This document shows, in pieces, positions 25,189 to 44,206 of a stretch of DNA of 64,000 nt. Source of the DNA: Rebecca billardiae RCC1528 (lineage: Eukaryota; Protista; Haptophyta); assembly GCA_965240325.2 (NCBI GenBank), contig OZ251229.1, forward strand, positions 1,364,001-1,428,000, in the 5' to 3' direction. A program made the translations under genes and the position numbers. Numbering within the stretch: the stretch's first letter is position 1; each line of letters begins with the position of its first letter. Under the pieces are notes generated by a model. That model did no database searches and was not told the DNA's origin. It saw nothing but the letters and a program-made list of their open reading frames with translations.

Positions 25189-27161
25189 GCAAACGCGTGC
25201 ACGCCGCACGCGCCGAAGGCGAAGAGGCGCGCGGCGGCGCCGCCGCCCCTGCGCCCGGGCGTCACGCTCGCGCGCTGCCGCTTCACCTCGATCCGCGCCT
25301 CGATCGCCGCCAGCCGCTCCCGTGCCTTCTCGTCCCGACGCACTCGCGCCGCCTCGACGCGACTGTCTGTGAGCTGCGCGGTGCGCTGCGCGGCGGAGAG
25401 CGCCTGCTTGCGCGCGGCGGTCTCGGCCTCCTTGCGCGCGTGCGCGAGCTCGAGCTCGCGCTGCCGCGCCTGCGCCATCTCGCGCTGCCGCCGCCGCGCG
25501 TCGTCCGCCTTCTGCTCCTCCGCCGCCAGCCGGCGCGCCCCCTCTCCGAGCGCGGCCTCGCGCCGCGCGTCAGCGGATGTCAGTCGCGCCTCGATGCGCA
25601 GCCGCACCGCCTCGCGCTCGGCGGCGGCGGCGCGGCGGCGTCGGAGGTCGAGCGCGCGGCGCGCGGCCTCGCGCGCCGCGCGCTGCCCCAGCCTGCGCTG
25701 CGCCTCCATCGCCAGCGCCTGCGTCCGCACCTCCGCCTCCGCCTCGCGCCGCCGCGCTTCTTCCGAGCGCGCCAGCGCCTCCTCCTCACACCCCTTCTCG
25801 TTGATGAACGCGACCTCGTGCACCTTCTGGTTCTCGGAGCGCGCGCGGCGGGCGACCTCGCCGACGGCGGACGCGCGGAGGGACTCCGCGCGCGCGTGCC
25901 GCTGCGCGATCGCCTCCGCCCGCTCCGCCAGCCGCCGCTCCTGCCGCGCGGACACCGCGGCCGCAAGCTCCTGTCGGTGTGCCAGCTTCTGCCGCATGGC
26001 CAGGTGCAGCTGCGCGCGCCGGCGCTCGGCGGCGGCCTCGCGCGCGGCGAGCTCGGCGGCGAGCTCCTCGGCGGTGAGCAGCTGCCGCCGCGCCGCCGCG
26101 GGCGGCGCGGGGCCAGCCCCGCCACCGCCCGCGCGCCCCACCACATCCGCCCAGGAGCGCGGCGGCCGCGGCGACGGCGCGTGCCGCGGCGCGGCCGCGT
26201 GCGCGCCGCCGCCGCCGCCGCCGCCGGGCGACGCCGCGGACGGCGCGTCGGCGTCGGCGTCGGCGGTCGGCGAGGCGGGCGCGGCGTGCGCGCACGCGTG
26301 CGTCGCCCTCGCCCTCGCCACCGCCTCCGCCGCCTCCTCCTCGTCCACCTCGTCCGCCCACGAGCGGCGGCGCGCCCCCAGGCAGGCCGCCCCCAGGCCC
26401 GCTGAGCCGCCAGGCAGCGGCTGCGCCGTCGCGCCCGCCGCGCGCGAGGGCGAGAGCATGGAGGAGACGTCGACCTGCATCGCGATGCCGCCCGCAGTGA
26501 CGCACGTCACCGCAGAGACCACCTGCTCCGCCGCGCACTCGTCCGACGCGGCCGAAGCGCCGGCGGCGGCGGCGGCGGGCGAGCCGGGCGACGCAACAGC
26601 CGCCGCCGGCGCGCGCCCGCCCGTGGGGGTCGGCGCGTCGGAGGCGGCGGGCGACCTGCTGCCGGGCGGCCTGGCCGAGGTGGGCGGGGTGCGCGCACCG
26701 CCCACCGCCCGCTCCGCCGCGGGCGCGCCGCCGCCCTCGGCGCACGGCTCGTGGTGCGGCTGCTCGACGTGCTGCTCGGCGTCAGCGTTGCTCCCGCCCG
26801 GGGTCGTCGAGGACGCGCCGCCGTCGGCGGCCTCGTGCGCGGCGTCGGCGTCGTCGGCGGCGTCGCGGCACGCGGCGGCGCGCACGGAAGGCGGGCGCTG
26901 CCCGAGCGCCGCGCGCGTGCGCCGCTCCATCTCGCCCACCGCCTCGGCGAGCGGCGCGGCGCTCGAGGCGCGCTCGTCCAGAGCCGCGATGGCGGAGTCG
27001 GCGTGCGGCACGGGGTGCGCGAGCGCGAGCTCGTCGGCCGCGGCGCGCAGGGCGCGTGCGACGAGACGCGCGTCGGCCGGCGCGTCGGCGAGCGCGTCGC
27101 GCGCGACGCAGAGCGCTCGCGCGAGCGCCTCCACGGCCGCCAGCTGCTCGCCCGTCGACAT
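21307..27161 (-). CDS. SCAPER: SCAPER-like protein; exons ~27161-22155, 21925-21851 and 21666(or 21660)-21307
   Basis: SWADEV/SWADVV motifs, a coiled coil containing KVHEVAFINE, a C2H2 finger (CRACDLEILTAEMLAAHLAAKRH) and C-terminal VQRLCELP...LKK/LLLPALICCCY..PVN. These recall SCAPER's conserved blocks. Two GT-AG introns. Confidence 0.75.
23709..23747. repeat. (CTG)n encoding poly-Gln in the SCAPER-like gene
   Basis: Perfect trinucleotide run. Confidence 0.9.
25103..25184. repeat. (CCG)n encoding poly-Gly in the SCAPER-like gene
   Basis: Perfect trinucleotide run of ~27 units. Confidence 0.9.
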
Positions 27162-27317
27162 GGGCCCAACGGCAAGCTGTGAACTGTTCCGAGCGGCTTG
27201 GAGGGCTTGCTGTGCGGGGACTGCGGGCGGGCGCGTGTCCGGCGCTGCGGCAGCCGCGACGGCGCGAGTCCGGCCGTCGGCTTGCGCTTCATTACGAACC
27301 GTGTAGGTGACACGTCG

Positions 27318-30551
<3,234 letters not shown>

Positions 30552-30882
30552 GCTGCCGGGGCGCTCGCGCGGCCGGGCGGCTCCGGAAGCTGCTCCGATG
30601 CGTCCGAGCGCCGATCGATCGATTCTGAGGGCTGTATATATATATGGCTCGTGACGACTGTGTTGTGTGGTGCATTATGACGATACAGCTGCTACTGCAC
30701 ATGATCACGAAGCAGCTCGCGAGCCACACTAGTTCTATATATATATACTATATACTGCTGACTCAGTCTCATCATCATCATCGCGATCTACAGGAGACGG
30801 AGTGCTGTGCACAGTGGCGTCGGCTGCATGCAGCATGGCCATGTCGACTTTTGTCGTTACTGACAGTCATCATCACCCGTAG

Positions 30883-32835
30883 TCAGACCTGATCAGCGGC
30901 ATGCCCCAGCTGATCCGCGATCGCTTGCCGTGCCGCCTGCATCGCGACTGCTCGACTCTCAGCGCCGCGGGACCCCAGCTGTGGCGGCTGGTGCGGCTGG
31001 CTTGGCCCCATCCCGTCGCTGCCATGCCGAGGACGTGGCACGTGACGCTCGTGACTCTCGGCGTGTGGGCGGACCGGCGCGCACGCGGCGACGGGCGGCG
31101 CGGCCTGGAGACCGGCGCGGGGCGCAAACTGAGGGCGTGGCCGTGACGGGCAGCGAGGTGGCGCCTCGGTCGAGGGGAGCGCGTGGAGTCGCCTGGAGGG
31201 CGCGCAGCCGCCACACGCCGCCTCCCTCGCAGCGCACCAGCCGGCGCAGCCCGGCCGGCCAGCGAGCGCCGCCCCCACACATGCCCCGCCCGGCCAGCCG
31301 ACCGCCCGTGGCGCAGTGCTTGCCGGCGAGGGCTCATGGCCGGGCACGCTGTGCAGCGCGGGCTGAGGCGCTCGCGTCCACGCTCGATCCGGGGGCGGTG
31401 TGATGCACCCTCCCTCGGGCAGCTCCAGCTCAGCAGCCCAGTGCGCCGCCAGCATCTCCACAGCCTCACGGCTGAGCCCTCCGAGCCCGTCTGTGCCAGA
31501 GGCGGCCGGCAGGCGGGGTGGCGCGGCCCGCGCCGGGGGCCGAACCGCACGGGGCAGCGGTCGCCTCGAGTGCGCGACGACCACGCGCCCGGGGCGGTTC
31601 GGGCTCGAGCTCGGGCTGTGCTCCTCCTCGCTCGAGCTCCGCTCCTCCTCGTCCTCCGCAGAGCCCCCGGCATCGGCGCGCTGGCGTTGCCGACGGCGGC
31701 GGCGCTGCCTGCGCTTGTGCCGCGCGTCGCGAGCGCGCCGTCGACGCCGCCATCTGCGGCACTTGCACACGCACAGAGCGCACGCGCACGCGAGTATGAG
31801 CGCGAGAACAACCCCGATCATCACCATTGCCTCCTCGCCGAGCAGTGCGACCCCCAGCGACAGCGCCGTCTCGATGCCGCTGCCGGTGCCGCTGGCATTC
31901 GTGCCATTCGCGCCCTGCAGCCGTGTGCTCGGCGCGCTGGCGCTCGGCGGCGGCTGGTCTGAGGTGCACCACACGTAGTTGAAGGCATCCTGCTGGCTGA
32001 GCGTGTACCACCCGTCGTCGCACACGCACGTGCTGTTGTCTGCGGCGCGTCTGCCATGCTCGCCACAGTCCAGGGTGCCGCCACCGCCGCCCAGCCCTCC
32101 GCCCAGCCCTCCGCTCGGCCCTCCGCCGCTGCCGGCCTCGTCGAGCGGCGGGAGCGGCGAGGTGTAGTTCTCCCACACGCCCGGCCGCGAGCTCGCGAGG
32201 CACGCGTTCGTCGCGGGGTCGTACACCTCGCCCTCCGCGCACACGGCGGGCACCACGCACACGCGCGCCACCGGGTCCCACGCGTTCAGCTCGCCCTCGT
32301 ACTTGGTGCGGCAGTTGACGGGCTCGCACGCCAGGCCGACGGCGAGCTCGTCGTGCGTGCACGCCTCGCCGGCGGTGGTGCGCGCGCGAGCAGTGTGCTG
32401 GGCCCAGGGGGCGCCCGGCGCCGCGTCGGCTGCGCCTGCTTCGCGCGGCTCCAGCGTGAACGGCAGCGGCGCGCGTCCCTGCTGCAGCAGCTGCATCACG
32501 CACATCGGTCGTCCTGCGCGCGTGCCGTTCACTGCCGACGGCGGCGAGGGCTGGGGCAGAGAGAAGTGCACGCGAGTGGTCTTGTGCGGGGCCACGTTGA
32601 GTGCGCGTGGTGCCCCGCCGAGCAGGCGTGCTCCGCAGCTGCTGCCGGGCGCACCGCAGCATGGGCCCGGGAGCAGCGTCACCCGAGCGTTCGACGCACC
32701 CTGGTTGCGCAGGTCGACGAAGGCGCCCGCGAAGCTGGCGCTCTCCTCGCGCGCGAGGAGGCCAGCGGCGGGCACACTCACCCTCGACGAGACGCCAGCC
32801 AGCGCGCAGGCGCACGCCGCGAGCGCGAGCGCCAT
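30883..32835 (-). CDS. Type I membrane protein with a Cys-rich/EGF-like ectodomain
   Basis: Signal peptide MALALAACACALAG, EGF-like LDCGEHG...CVCDDGW, and TM segment MVMIGVVLALILACACALCVC followed by an Arg-rich stop-transfer sequence. Confidence 0.75.
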   Translation of the reverse strand: MALALAACACALAGVSSRVSVPAAGLLAREESASFAGAFVDLRNQGASNARVTLLPGPCCGAPGSSCGARLLGGAPRALNVAPHKTTRVHFSLPQPSPPSAVNGTRAGRPMCVMQLLQQGRAPLPFTLEPREAGAADAAPGAPWAQHTARARTTAGEACTHDELAVGLACEPVNCRTKYEGELNAWDPVARVCVVPAVCAEGEVYDPATNACLASSRPGVWENYTSPLPPLDEAGSGGGPSGGLGGGLGGGGGTLDCGEHGRRAADNSTCVCDDGWYTLSQQDAFNYVWCTSDQPPPSASAPSTRLQGANGTNASGTGSGIETALSLGVALLGEEAMVMIGVVLALILACACALCVCKCRRWRRRRRARDARHKRRQRRRRRQRQRADAGGSAEDEEERSSSEEEHSPSSSPNRPGRVVVAHSRRPLPRAVRPPARAAPPRLPAASGTDGLGGLSREAVEMLAAHWAAELELPEGGCITPPPDRAWTRAPQPALHSVPGHEPSPASTAPRAVGWPGGACVGAALAGRPGCAGWCAAREAACGGCAPSRRLHALPSTEAPPRCPSRPRPQFAPRAGLQAAPPVAACAPVRPHAESHERHVPRPRHGSDGMGPSQPHQPPQLGSRGAESRAVAMQAARQAIADQLGHAADQV

Positions 32836-33083
32836 GTTGCGCCGTTCGTGCGGGTCTGGGAGTTCGCGCGCTTTGTGGCCGGATCTTGCACGCCCCAACT
32901 TCAATCGGTGCCGGTCCGGCGTTGGATTGTAACCCATCCGGATCAGAATTCTGTGTGCCAACGTGGCTTTCCGCTTGGCCAGCTCAGGGCGGCCATCGTG
33001 CAATTGCGGCCGTCGAATCGAGGGCGTGAGCAAGAGAGTACGCCCACGGAGCGCGAGCGCGCGCAGCACGCGCTCCGGCAGCC

Positions 33084-35709
<2,626 letters not shown>

Positions 35710-36106
35710 GCGGTCTAAGCCTCGGATGCCTCCTACGCGGGATGACCACAATACATGATTTGAGGCAAGCTCCCGAGCGGCTGCTCGTCTGTCAAGTGTG
35801 GTCGTCGCTACTGCCGCGGGAGTCGATCAGAGTTGCTGTCAGTGACAGTGTCAGCGCGACGGTGCGGAGCCGTGCCGGGCTGCTGCGCAGTGCGCGCTTG
35901 GGCTGCTAAGGTAAATAGTCGGCCACGACTCGCCCGTCGCCGATGACTGAGTGACTGGCGCGGTCCCTGGCGGCGCCTGACTCCCGGCCATGTCAGGCAT
36001 GCTGGCTTGCTGCATCGTGATCGTCACAGACGTATACTAGTTACTACGACTAGTCGTGACTAGACTATTAGTGAGTATTAGTCGTCGTCACAGTCGTCAC
36101 TCGTCG

Positions 36107-36982
36107 TCAGTAATAGCAGTAGTGCTTCCGTAGAGCGTTTGGGATATCCCACGTGGTCCAAAAGAGCGGGCGCGTTGGAAGCAAGGAGGCAGATTTGAGC
36201 GCAATGTCCACGGGCACATCCGGGCCTTGTGCCTCGATGGCAGCTGCCAGCTTGGCTGCCGCGGAGACGGTGCAGGCATACGCGGTGGTGCGGGTGCTCA
36301 TGAACGGCAAGGGGACACGAGGCCAATACACGGGCGAGTGAAGGTTGACTGCAGAGATGCCGGGCACCCAGAAGACAAGGTTGCGAATGCTGGCGATCGC
36401 GCGGTGCAGATCGCCGGCCGCGTCGTCCTCGAAGAAGAGCACCCAGTCGCCTTCCCTGCACATCACTGCAGAGGGCTCCGCGGCCGGCGGCTGTCTGCTT
36501 GCGTTATGCGCCGCCGCGGCACGCAACATGTTCAAGTGGCCCTGGCGGCACCCCATCTCTTTCCATCTTCGAAGATCCGCGGCTGTGTGGGCTCGCCTGC
36601 TTGGCTGCGGCCCAGAGAAGCGCACAAGTGGCGCGCTGACGCCTGGATGAGCCCCATACCATTTCTCGAAGCGCAGGCGGCGCAACAGGTGCGTGTCCAT
36701 GTTGAGGAAGTACGCCGCACAGATGTGCACGTCTTGAGCGGTCAGGAGGCGCAGCCCAGACCAGAGTGCTGCCATGGCGAGCGCGCACGAGATAACTGCG
36801 ACGGCGCAGCGTCGGTTGGATCCCAGCCTACAACAGTCCCGGCGAGGCGAGACGCGTTCCGGCTCGTTCTCGTGTTTGAGAAGCCCCACGGCCTCGTCCA
36901 GAGCCAAAGACGGCGATCTTGTCGACGTCGAGGTGAAGAAGAGTGTTGTCATCTCAAATCGCCCCGTCAGCGCCGCCGTCAT
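36107..36982 (-). CDS. Glycosyltransferase family 25-like type II membrane protein
   Basis: TM anchor, then YFLNMD..RR, GC..GH...L, VLFFEDDA, TTAY....AA.KL and PVD motifs typical of GT25. Confidence 0.7.
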   Translation of the reverse strand: MTAALTGRFEMTTLFFTSTSTRSPSLALDEAVGLLKHENEPERVSPRRDCCRLGSNRRCAVAVISCALAMAALWSGLRLLTAQDVHICAAYFLNMDTHLLRRLRFEKWYGAHPGVSAPLVRFSGPQPSRRAHTAADLRRWKEMGCRQGHLNMLRAAAAHNASRQPPAAEPSAVMCREGDWVLFFEDDAAGDLHRAIASIRNLVFWVPGISAVNLHSPVYWPRVPLPFMSTRTTAYACTVSAAAKLAAAIEAQGPDVPVDIALKSASLLPTRPLFWTTWDIPNALRKHYCYY

Positions 36983-37103
36983 TCTGTCCGGTCACGGAGG
37001 GAGCGGGCAGATGGGGAGCGAGGGGAGCGCGGAGGTGCGGCAGGGCGACTGCGCCTGATGGAGTGATGGCTCGAGAGGATCGCGCGAGTGGAACGGTAGA
37101 GTA

Positions 37104-37283
37104 CAGTTTACTAAGAATAAGAGACGCACACAGCTCAGGCAGGCGAGATTGACGCCCGCCAACTGTCACCGCCCATGAAGCCGTCAACCATTAGTACGGC
37201 CCGCCATTCAAGTGTGCACATTAAATGGTACTATCATATCTCGCCTGCCTGAGCTGTGTGCGTCTCTTATTCTTAGTAAACTG
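37104..37283. mobile_element. Family T MITE (180 bp, ~46-bp TIRs, TA flanks), Tc1/mariner-like
   Basis: TA-CAGTTTACTAAGAATAAGAGACGCACACAGCTCAGGCAGGCGAGAT ... inverted copy -TA. Confidence 0.85.
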
Positions 37284-37315
37284 TACCTTTTTGAGCGCGC
37301 CTCCTTGAAAACGTA

Positions 37316-37912
37316 TGGGGGCCGGGGTTATTGGGTTAGCGGTTGGGGGTGGGGTTAGTTTTGGGCCGCTCACCACTCGGACTGGGCGCCGCACTCCGTT
37401 GGGGTGGCCGCGCGAACTGGGAGAGCATGGCCGCTCCAGCGGCTCGCCATGTCCCATAAGGCGACGCTGGGCAACGGCTCCGCCCGTCTCGGTGGCATCG
37501 CGAGTGCTTCGGCGCGTCGCTTCCGCCTCATCAGGAGTCAGATTGCGGGTGGATTCCCAGCCTGGGCTGAGCACGAGAAGGCCGGCTCGCTAGTCCGGCC
37601 AGCAATGCTGCCCACGAGCTCGCGCCGCGCGTGGCCCGTGTGCGCACGCGCCTCCCGGGTTAGTTTTGGGGTGGGGTCCTTTGGGGTCATTTTCAAACGC
37701 GCCTGGCGCGAGCATGTGCGCCCGCGGCGACCCGGCCCCAGCGGGTGCCTTACCGACACGGGCGTCCGCCTCCGGCTTGTCCTCGACGGCGAGGGCGAGG
37801 GGTGCACATCTTGCACGGTCCGTCCGGCAAGCCTCTTCTCCGCGAGGGCGGAGCCGGAGGGGTGGTTTTGGCACGGTTGAGGGCACCCCAAAACTAACCC
37901 AACCGCCCCCGG
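37316..37912. mobile_element. Putative MITE with degenerate G-rich TIRs
   Basis: GCGGTTGG...GGGTTAGTTTTGGG on the left and CCCCAAAACTAACCCAACCGCCCCC on the right. The flanks resemble sequence that is contiguous at ~46866-46905. Confidence 0.45.
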
Positions 37913-37949
37913 TAGGGACGTCTTTGCGTTTCCCGCACTCTTTTATTAA

Positions 37950-40216
<2,267 letters not shown>

Positions 40217-40586
40217 TTAATATATATATATATATATAGTTTATTTAAATAATAAAATTTGTTTACTAACGTGGCGCCAAGGCTCACGAGTCACGGTGGC
40301 AGGTTGCCGCGCCATCCTTCATCGCACGCTCTCCGAAGAGAGACCTGGAAACTGGTTTTGAACCCATGTAATAAGCCCGCGCGGGCCGTTATCGTGAGCA
40401 GACTGAGCCCGTGAGGCTGAGGCTGAGCAGCCCACTGCCCAGGCCGAGTCGCCCCGAGGCGCGCGGACGCCAATGGTGGCCACGCGCGTCGGAATGTCGC
40501 CGTCCGCGGTCGCCGAGAGCCGAGGCACGGCGGCGCGATGCCGATGCCTGGCCTCACCGGGGCAGTGCTGCGGCACCGTGGCGGCG

Positions 40587-41987
40587 CTATGAGCGGCGGC
40601 GGGGTTGAACGGGTTGCTGCGCAGCCTGCGGCAGGAGCGCCTCGGTCGAGACCGATTCCGGCACCGGGCCTGCTCCCAAGCGCGAGCCAAGCTCGGGCGA
40701 GTCCGGCACAGGGCCGAGCGCACTGCCATCCGTGCCCGCACGCCGCACAGGTGCGGCCGTCGGGTGCACGCCGCCCAGGCGGCCGGAGCCCGAGAGGGGT
40801 GCGCTCGGAGCCGCGCCCGGTTCGGCGCTACCGCGCGCGTTGAGCGCGCATGCGGCGGACGAGACGCGCGGCATGGGTTGTGCCTCGGCGGCAAGCAGCC
40901 TCGCATGCGCATGCCCGCACTCGGGTGGCGCCGTCTGCTCCCGGGCGAGACTCGGAGGCTTCGGCTCGACCGTCTCGAGCAGGCTCGCATCCTCCGCTTG
41001 CGCGGACGAGGGCGCGCGCATGATCGGAGGCTCGCCGGTCGTCTCGCTGTCGCCGCCCGCCTCAAGGTCGGCGCCGTCCCCTTCGGAGCCCTCGGGCTGC
41101 GCGCGCATGACCTCCACCTCCCGCCGCCGCACCGCGTTCGACAGCTGCGCGCGCCGCGTCGACAGCTCGCGCATCAGCCGCGGCACCATGAGCTCGTCGA
41201 GCGTCGCGGTCACGATGTGCAGGTGGCGCTCGACGTCGCGCAGCGCGGGCGGGATGTGGTAGTTGCCCTCGCGCAGGTCGACGGTGATTTCGTAGCGCAT
41301 GGTGAGGATCGCGCGCGCGTCCGAGTCGTCCGGCACCAGCTGCCGCACCTCGCTGTGCCCCTCCGGCCCCTCCTGCAGCCACTCGCTCTTCGCCGCGTCC
41401 GAGGGCTCGCGCAGCGTGAGCACGAGCGTCATCACCGGCTCGTCGCACAGGCCCGCCCAGAAGAAGGAGATGGTCATGATGACGGTGAAGGCGGCGGCGA
41501 GCACGAACCAGCGCTGGTGGGACGCAAACGTGAAGCGCTGCGCGGCCGTGTGCAGGAAGAAGGGCACGGCGATGCACGTGCCCACCGTCGCGCACGTGAT
41601 GGCGAGCGCGATCACGTGCGCCGGCTGGCGGTACACGGCGGCCACGCGCCTGAGCAGCGGGTGGTGGTCGACGCGGTGGGAGAACTGCAGCGGGAACTTG
41701 CACACCGTGCAGTACAGCCGCATCTTGTACTCCAGGTCCTGCCTGAGGCACGCGGTGTGCTGCGCCGCGAGCTCGCCCTGGCACAGGCAAGGCGACGCGA
41801 CGATGCCCGTCTCGGCCGTCGTGGGCTCGTAGCAGTACAGGCACGGGTGCTCGTCGTCCTCCTCGTCGTAGGCGTGGTGTGCGGCGCGCGGCGAGCGCAC
41901 CGGCTCGCTCCGCGCCGACGGCAGCGCCTCCAGATCCACGTCGGCCGTCCCGACGGCGTCGTCGTCGCCTTCCGGCGGCGGCGGCAT
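40587..41987 (-). CDS. RING-CH (RINGv/MARCH-type) membrane E3 ubiquitin ligase
   Basis: CLYC...SPCLCQG....HTACL.........CTVCK (C4HC3), followed by two TM helices. Confidence 0.85.
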   Translation of the reverse strand: MPPPPEGDDDAVGTADVDLEALPSARSEPVRSPRAAHHAYDEEDDEHPCLYCYEPTTAETGIVASPCLCQGELAAQHTACLRQDLEYKMRLYCTVCKFPLQFSHRVDHHPLLRRVAAVYRQPAHVIALAITCATVGTCIAVPFFLHTAAQRFTFASHQRWFVLAAAFTVIMTISFFWAGLCDEPVMTLVLTLREPSDAAKSEWLQEGPEGHSEVRQLVPDDSDARAILTMRYEITVDLREGNYHIPPALRDVERHLHIVTATLDELMVPRLMRELSTRRAQLSNAVRRREVEVMRAQPEGSEGDGADLEAGGDSETTGEPPIMRAPSSAQAEDASLLETVEPKPPSLAREQTAPPECGHAHARLLAAEAQPMPRVSSAACALNARGSAEPGAAPSAPLSGSGRLGGVHPTAAPVRRAGTDGSALGPVPDSPELGSRLGAGPVPESVSTEALLPQAAQQPVQPRRRS

Positions 41988-42735
41988 CTGAGCAGAGAGG
42001 ATGGCGTCAGGCTTGTTCGGTTTGGGGTGAGCGTGTGAGCGGACGGGCGGTCGACCAAAGAATTGAAAATAGAGGCGGGTTTTTACGGGGACGGGGAAAG
42101 TGGAAAACCGAAACCCCGCACCGGACGGCGGAACCAAGTGCAACCTTCCGGACCCCGTCCGTTGGATCCGGGGAGGCAGGAGTAAATACCCTTGGATATG
42201 AATCATATAAGAGGACTCATACTGATTATCATATGAGAAGTGCGTGAAGATGTAGGTAACCGTGCAGGGGCAGCCCTGCGACTTCCTACCTCTCAGATGG
42301 TGAGAGGAAAGCCTCAAATGCCCCATTAGAACTTTTAGCGCGCTTCTCAAAATACAGAGGCTGTCATCGAGGTATAATATACCCGCTTGGCTGGTACTGA
42401 AATATGCGGAGTGGGAGGGTTGGCGACAACGCAAGGCGGTTCTGTGCAAGTGCGCTTGTGAAGCGGCGTGCCACGGCTAATCACTATCGGATACAACCGC
42501 GTGTCGCTGGGCCTCCGAGACCCCTCGTGGAACGGGTGAGAGCGAACCGCAATCAGGGCTTCGTCACGACCTAGAAATTTCGACAAGGTTCGAGAAGATG
42601 CGCCGAAGATCCTCCAAACTTCGCCCTCCACACACACAGTCGCCCGGCTGCTGCCCACCACCGCAGTCTCGGGTGCATACCACCTTCCACGCGCGCACAG
42701 ACTCGGTCGTGCGCCTTGATCCGCCAGCAGAGGCC

Positions 42736-43692
42736 ATGGAAGGCACGCTGGACCTTGCGCAGATGGGCGCCGACCTCGATGACAACGGGGCGCTGCGCGA
42801 CATTGGGCAGGACGATGACGCGAGCCAAGCGAACAGCGGCTCGCGGGGTGAGAATGGCGGCGGCAACGGCGGCAGTGTCAATGGCAGCGACGCGCTCGGG
42901 CTGCAGTCCGGCGGCGAGCGCGTGCCGCCATTCCTGTCGAAGCTCTTTCAGATCGTCTCGCAGCCGCAGACGGACCACTGTGTCCGCTGGTCGGCAGCAG
43001 GCGACTCGTTCGTTATCGCGGATCACCATGTCTTCTCGAAGCAGGTGCTGCCCAACTTCTTCAAGCACTCGTCGCTGTGCTCGTTCATCCGGCAGCTGAA
43101 CACGTACGGCTTCCGGAAGCGCACGAACATGGGCTCCTCCTCCGACCAGATGGAGTTCTTCAACGACAACTTCCGCCGAGGGCACCTGGACCTGCTCTCG
43201 CGCATCAAGCGCACGGGCCAGACCAAGGGCCCGTCGCGCGCGGCGGGTGCGGCGACGGCGGGCGCAGCGGGCGCGGCGGGCGGCGCGGCGGGCGCACCGG
43301 TGGCGTCCGTCGGCGTGCGCCCCGGCGCCGCGCCGCAGGCTGCCGTGCTGCAGATGAAGCCGGCCGCTGCGAACGTGCTGCACGCGACCAAGGGCGACCT
43401 GAACCACGTGCAGGGGCAGGTCAACCAGCTGATCACCGAGGTGCGCGACATGCGCACGCTGATGCACCAGTACATGATGGAGGTGGACAAGCGTGTCAAC
43501 CTCTTCACCATGGAGATGCATGGGAACTCGAACGCCGCCACGACCGCGGCGGCCGCAGCTGGCTCGTGGTACCCCCCGGCGGGCACGGGCGCGGGCAGCG
43601 GCGTCGCGCAGCTGCCGGCGCAGCCCAACCTCGACTCGGTCGGAGGGCCGAACGCGGCCACGCTCGCAGCGATGGTGAGTCAGACGATGTGA
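42736..43692 (+). CDS. Heat-shock factor (HSF) transcription factor; the 3' end may splice at GTGAGT 43675
   Basis: PPFLSKLFQIV...VRWS..GDSFVI...LPNFFKHSSLCSFIRQLNTYGFRK is the HSF DNA-binding domain. A coiled coil follows. Confidence 0.93.
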   Translation: MEGTLDLAQMGADLDDNGALRDIGQDDDASQANSGSRGENGGGNGGSVNGSDALGLQSGGERVPPFLSKLFQIVSQPQTDHCVRWSAAGDSFVIADHHVFSKQVLPNFFKHSSLCSFIRQLNTYGFRKRTNMGSSSDQMEFFNDNFRRGHLDLLSRIKRTGQTKGPSRAAGAATAGAAGAAGGAAGAPVASVGVRPGAAPQAAVLQMKPAAANVLHATKGDLNHVQGQVNQLITEVRDMRTLMHQYMMEVDKRVNLFTMEMHGNSNAATTAAAAAGSWYPPAGTGAGSGVAQLPAQPNLDSVGGPNAATLAAMVSQTM

Positions 43693-44206
43693 TCGCCACC
43701 GCACACGCATGGCATGGCTACCTCTGGGTGTGGACGGTGGTGCAGCACCGCTGCCCGCGTCGCCCCAGACATGGCGTCTCCAAGTCTCGCATATCCGCAT
43801 GCCCGCATGCCCCGCATCTCCTGTCGCACGCCCGCATACACGCATGCCCCACGACCTCACCCCAGACTATCACGAGCATGTGCATGCGCTCGTGACGAGT
43901 GCCCATTCCTCGTCGCGCGAGTGACCTTCCTGGTCCTTACCACCGTGGGCGTCCCGCGGGCGCGCGCGAGAGAACTCTCTGGCTGCTTTGTGGCTGGCTT
44001 TCGCTGTCGTGAGCCCTGTCGTCTGAATCTGTCTCAGTTCGGCCCGCGTGTTCACGGCCGCCGAGGGCGGCCAACGGTCGCGGCTGGCAGTCTCCGACCG
44101 CCGCGTCGGCTTGTCGAATGAGCACGGCGACAGAGACAGAGTGCCTGAACCGTGGGCCGCGGCCCAGCGGCGTCAGTCACTGTAACGGCGGCGCAGCCGC
44201 ACGGTA

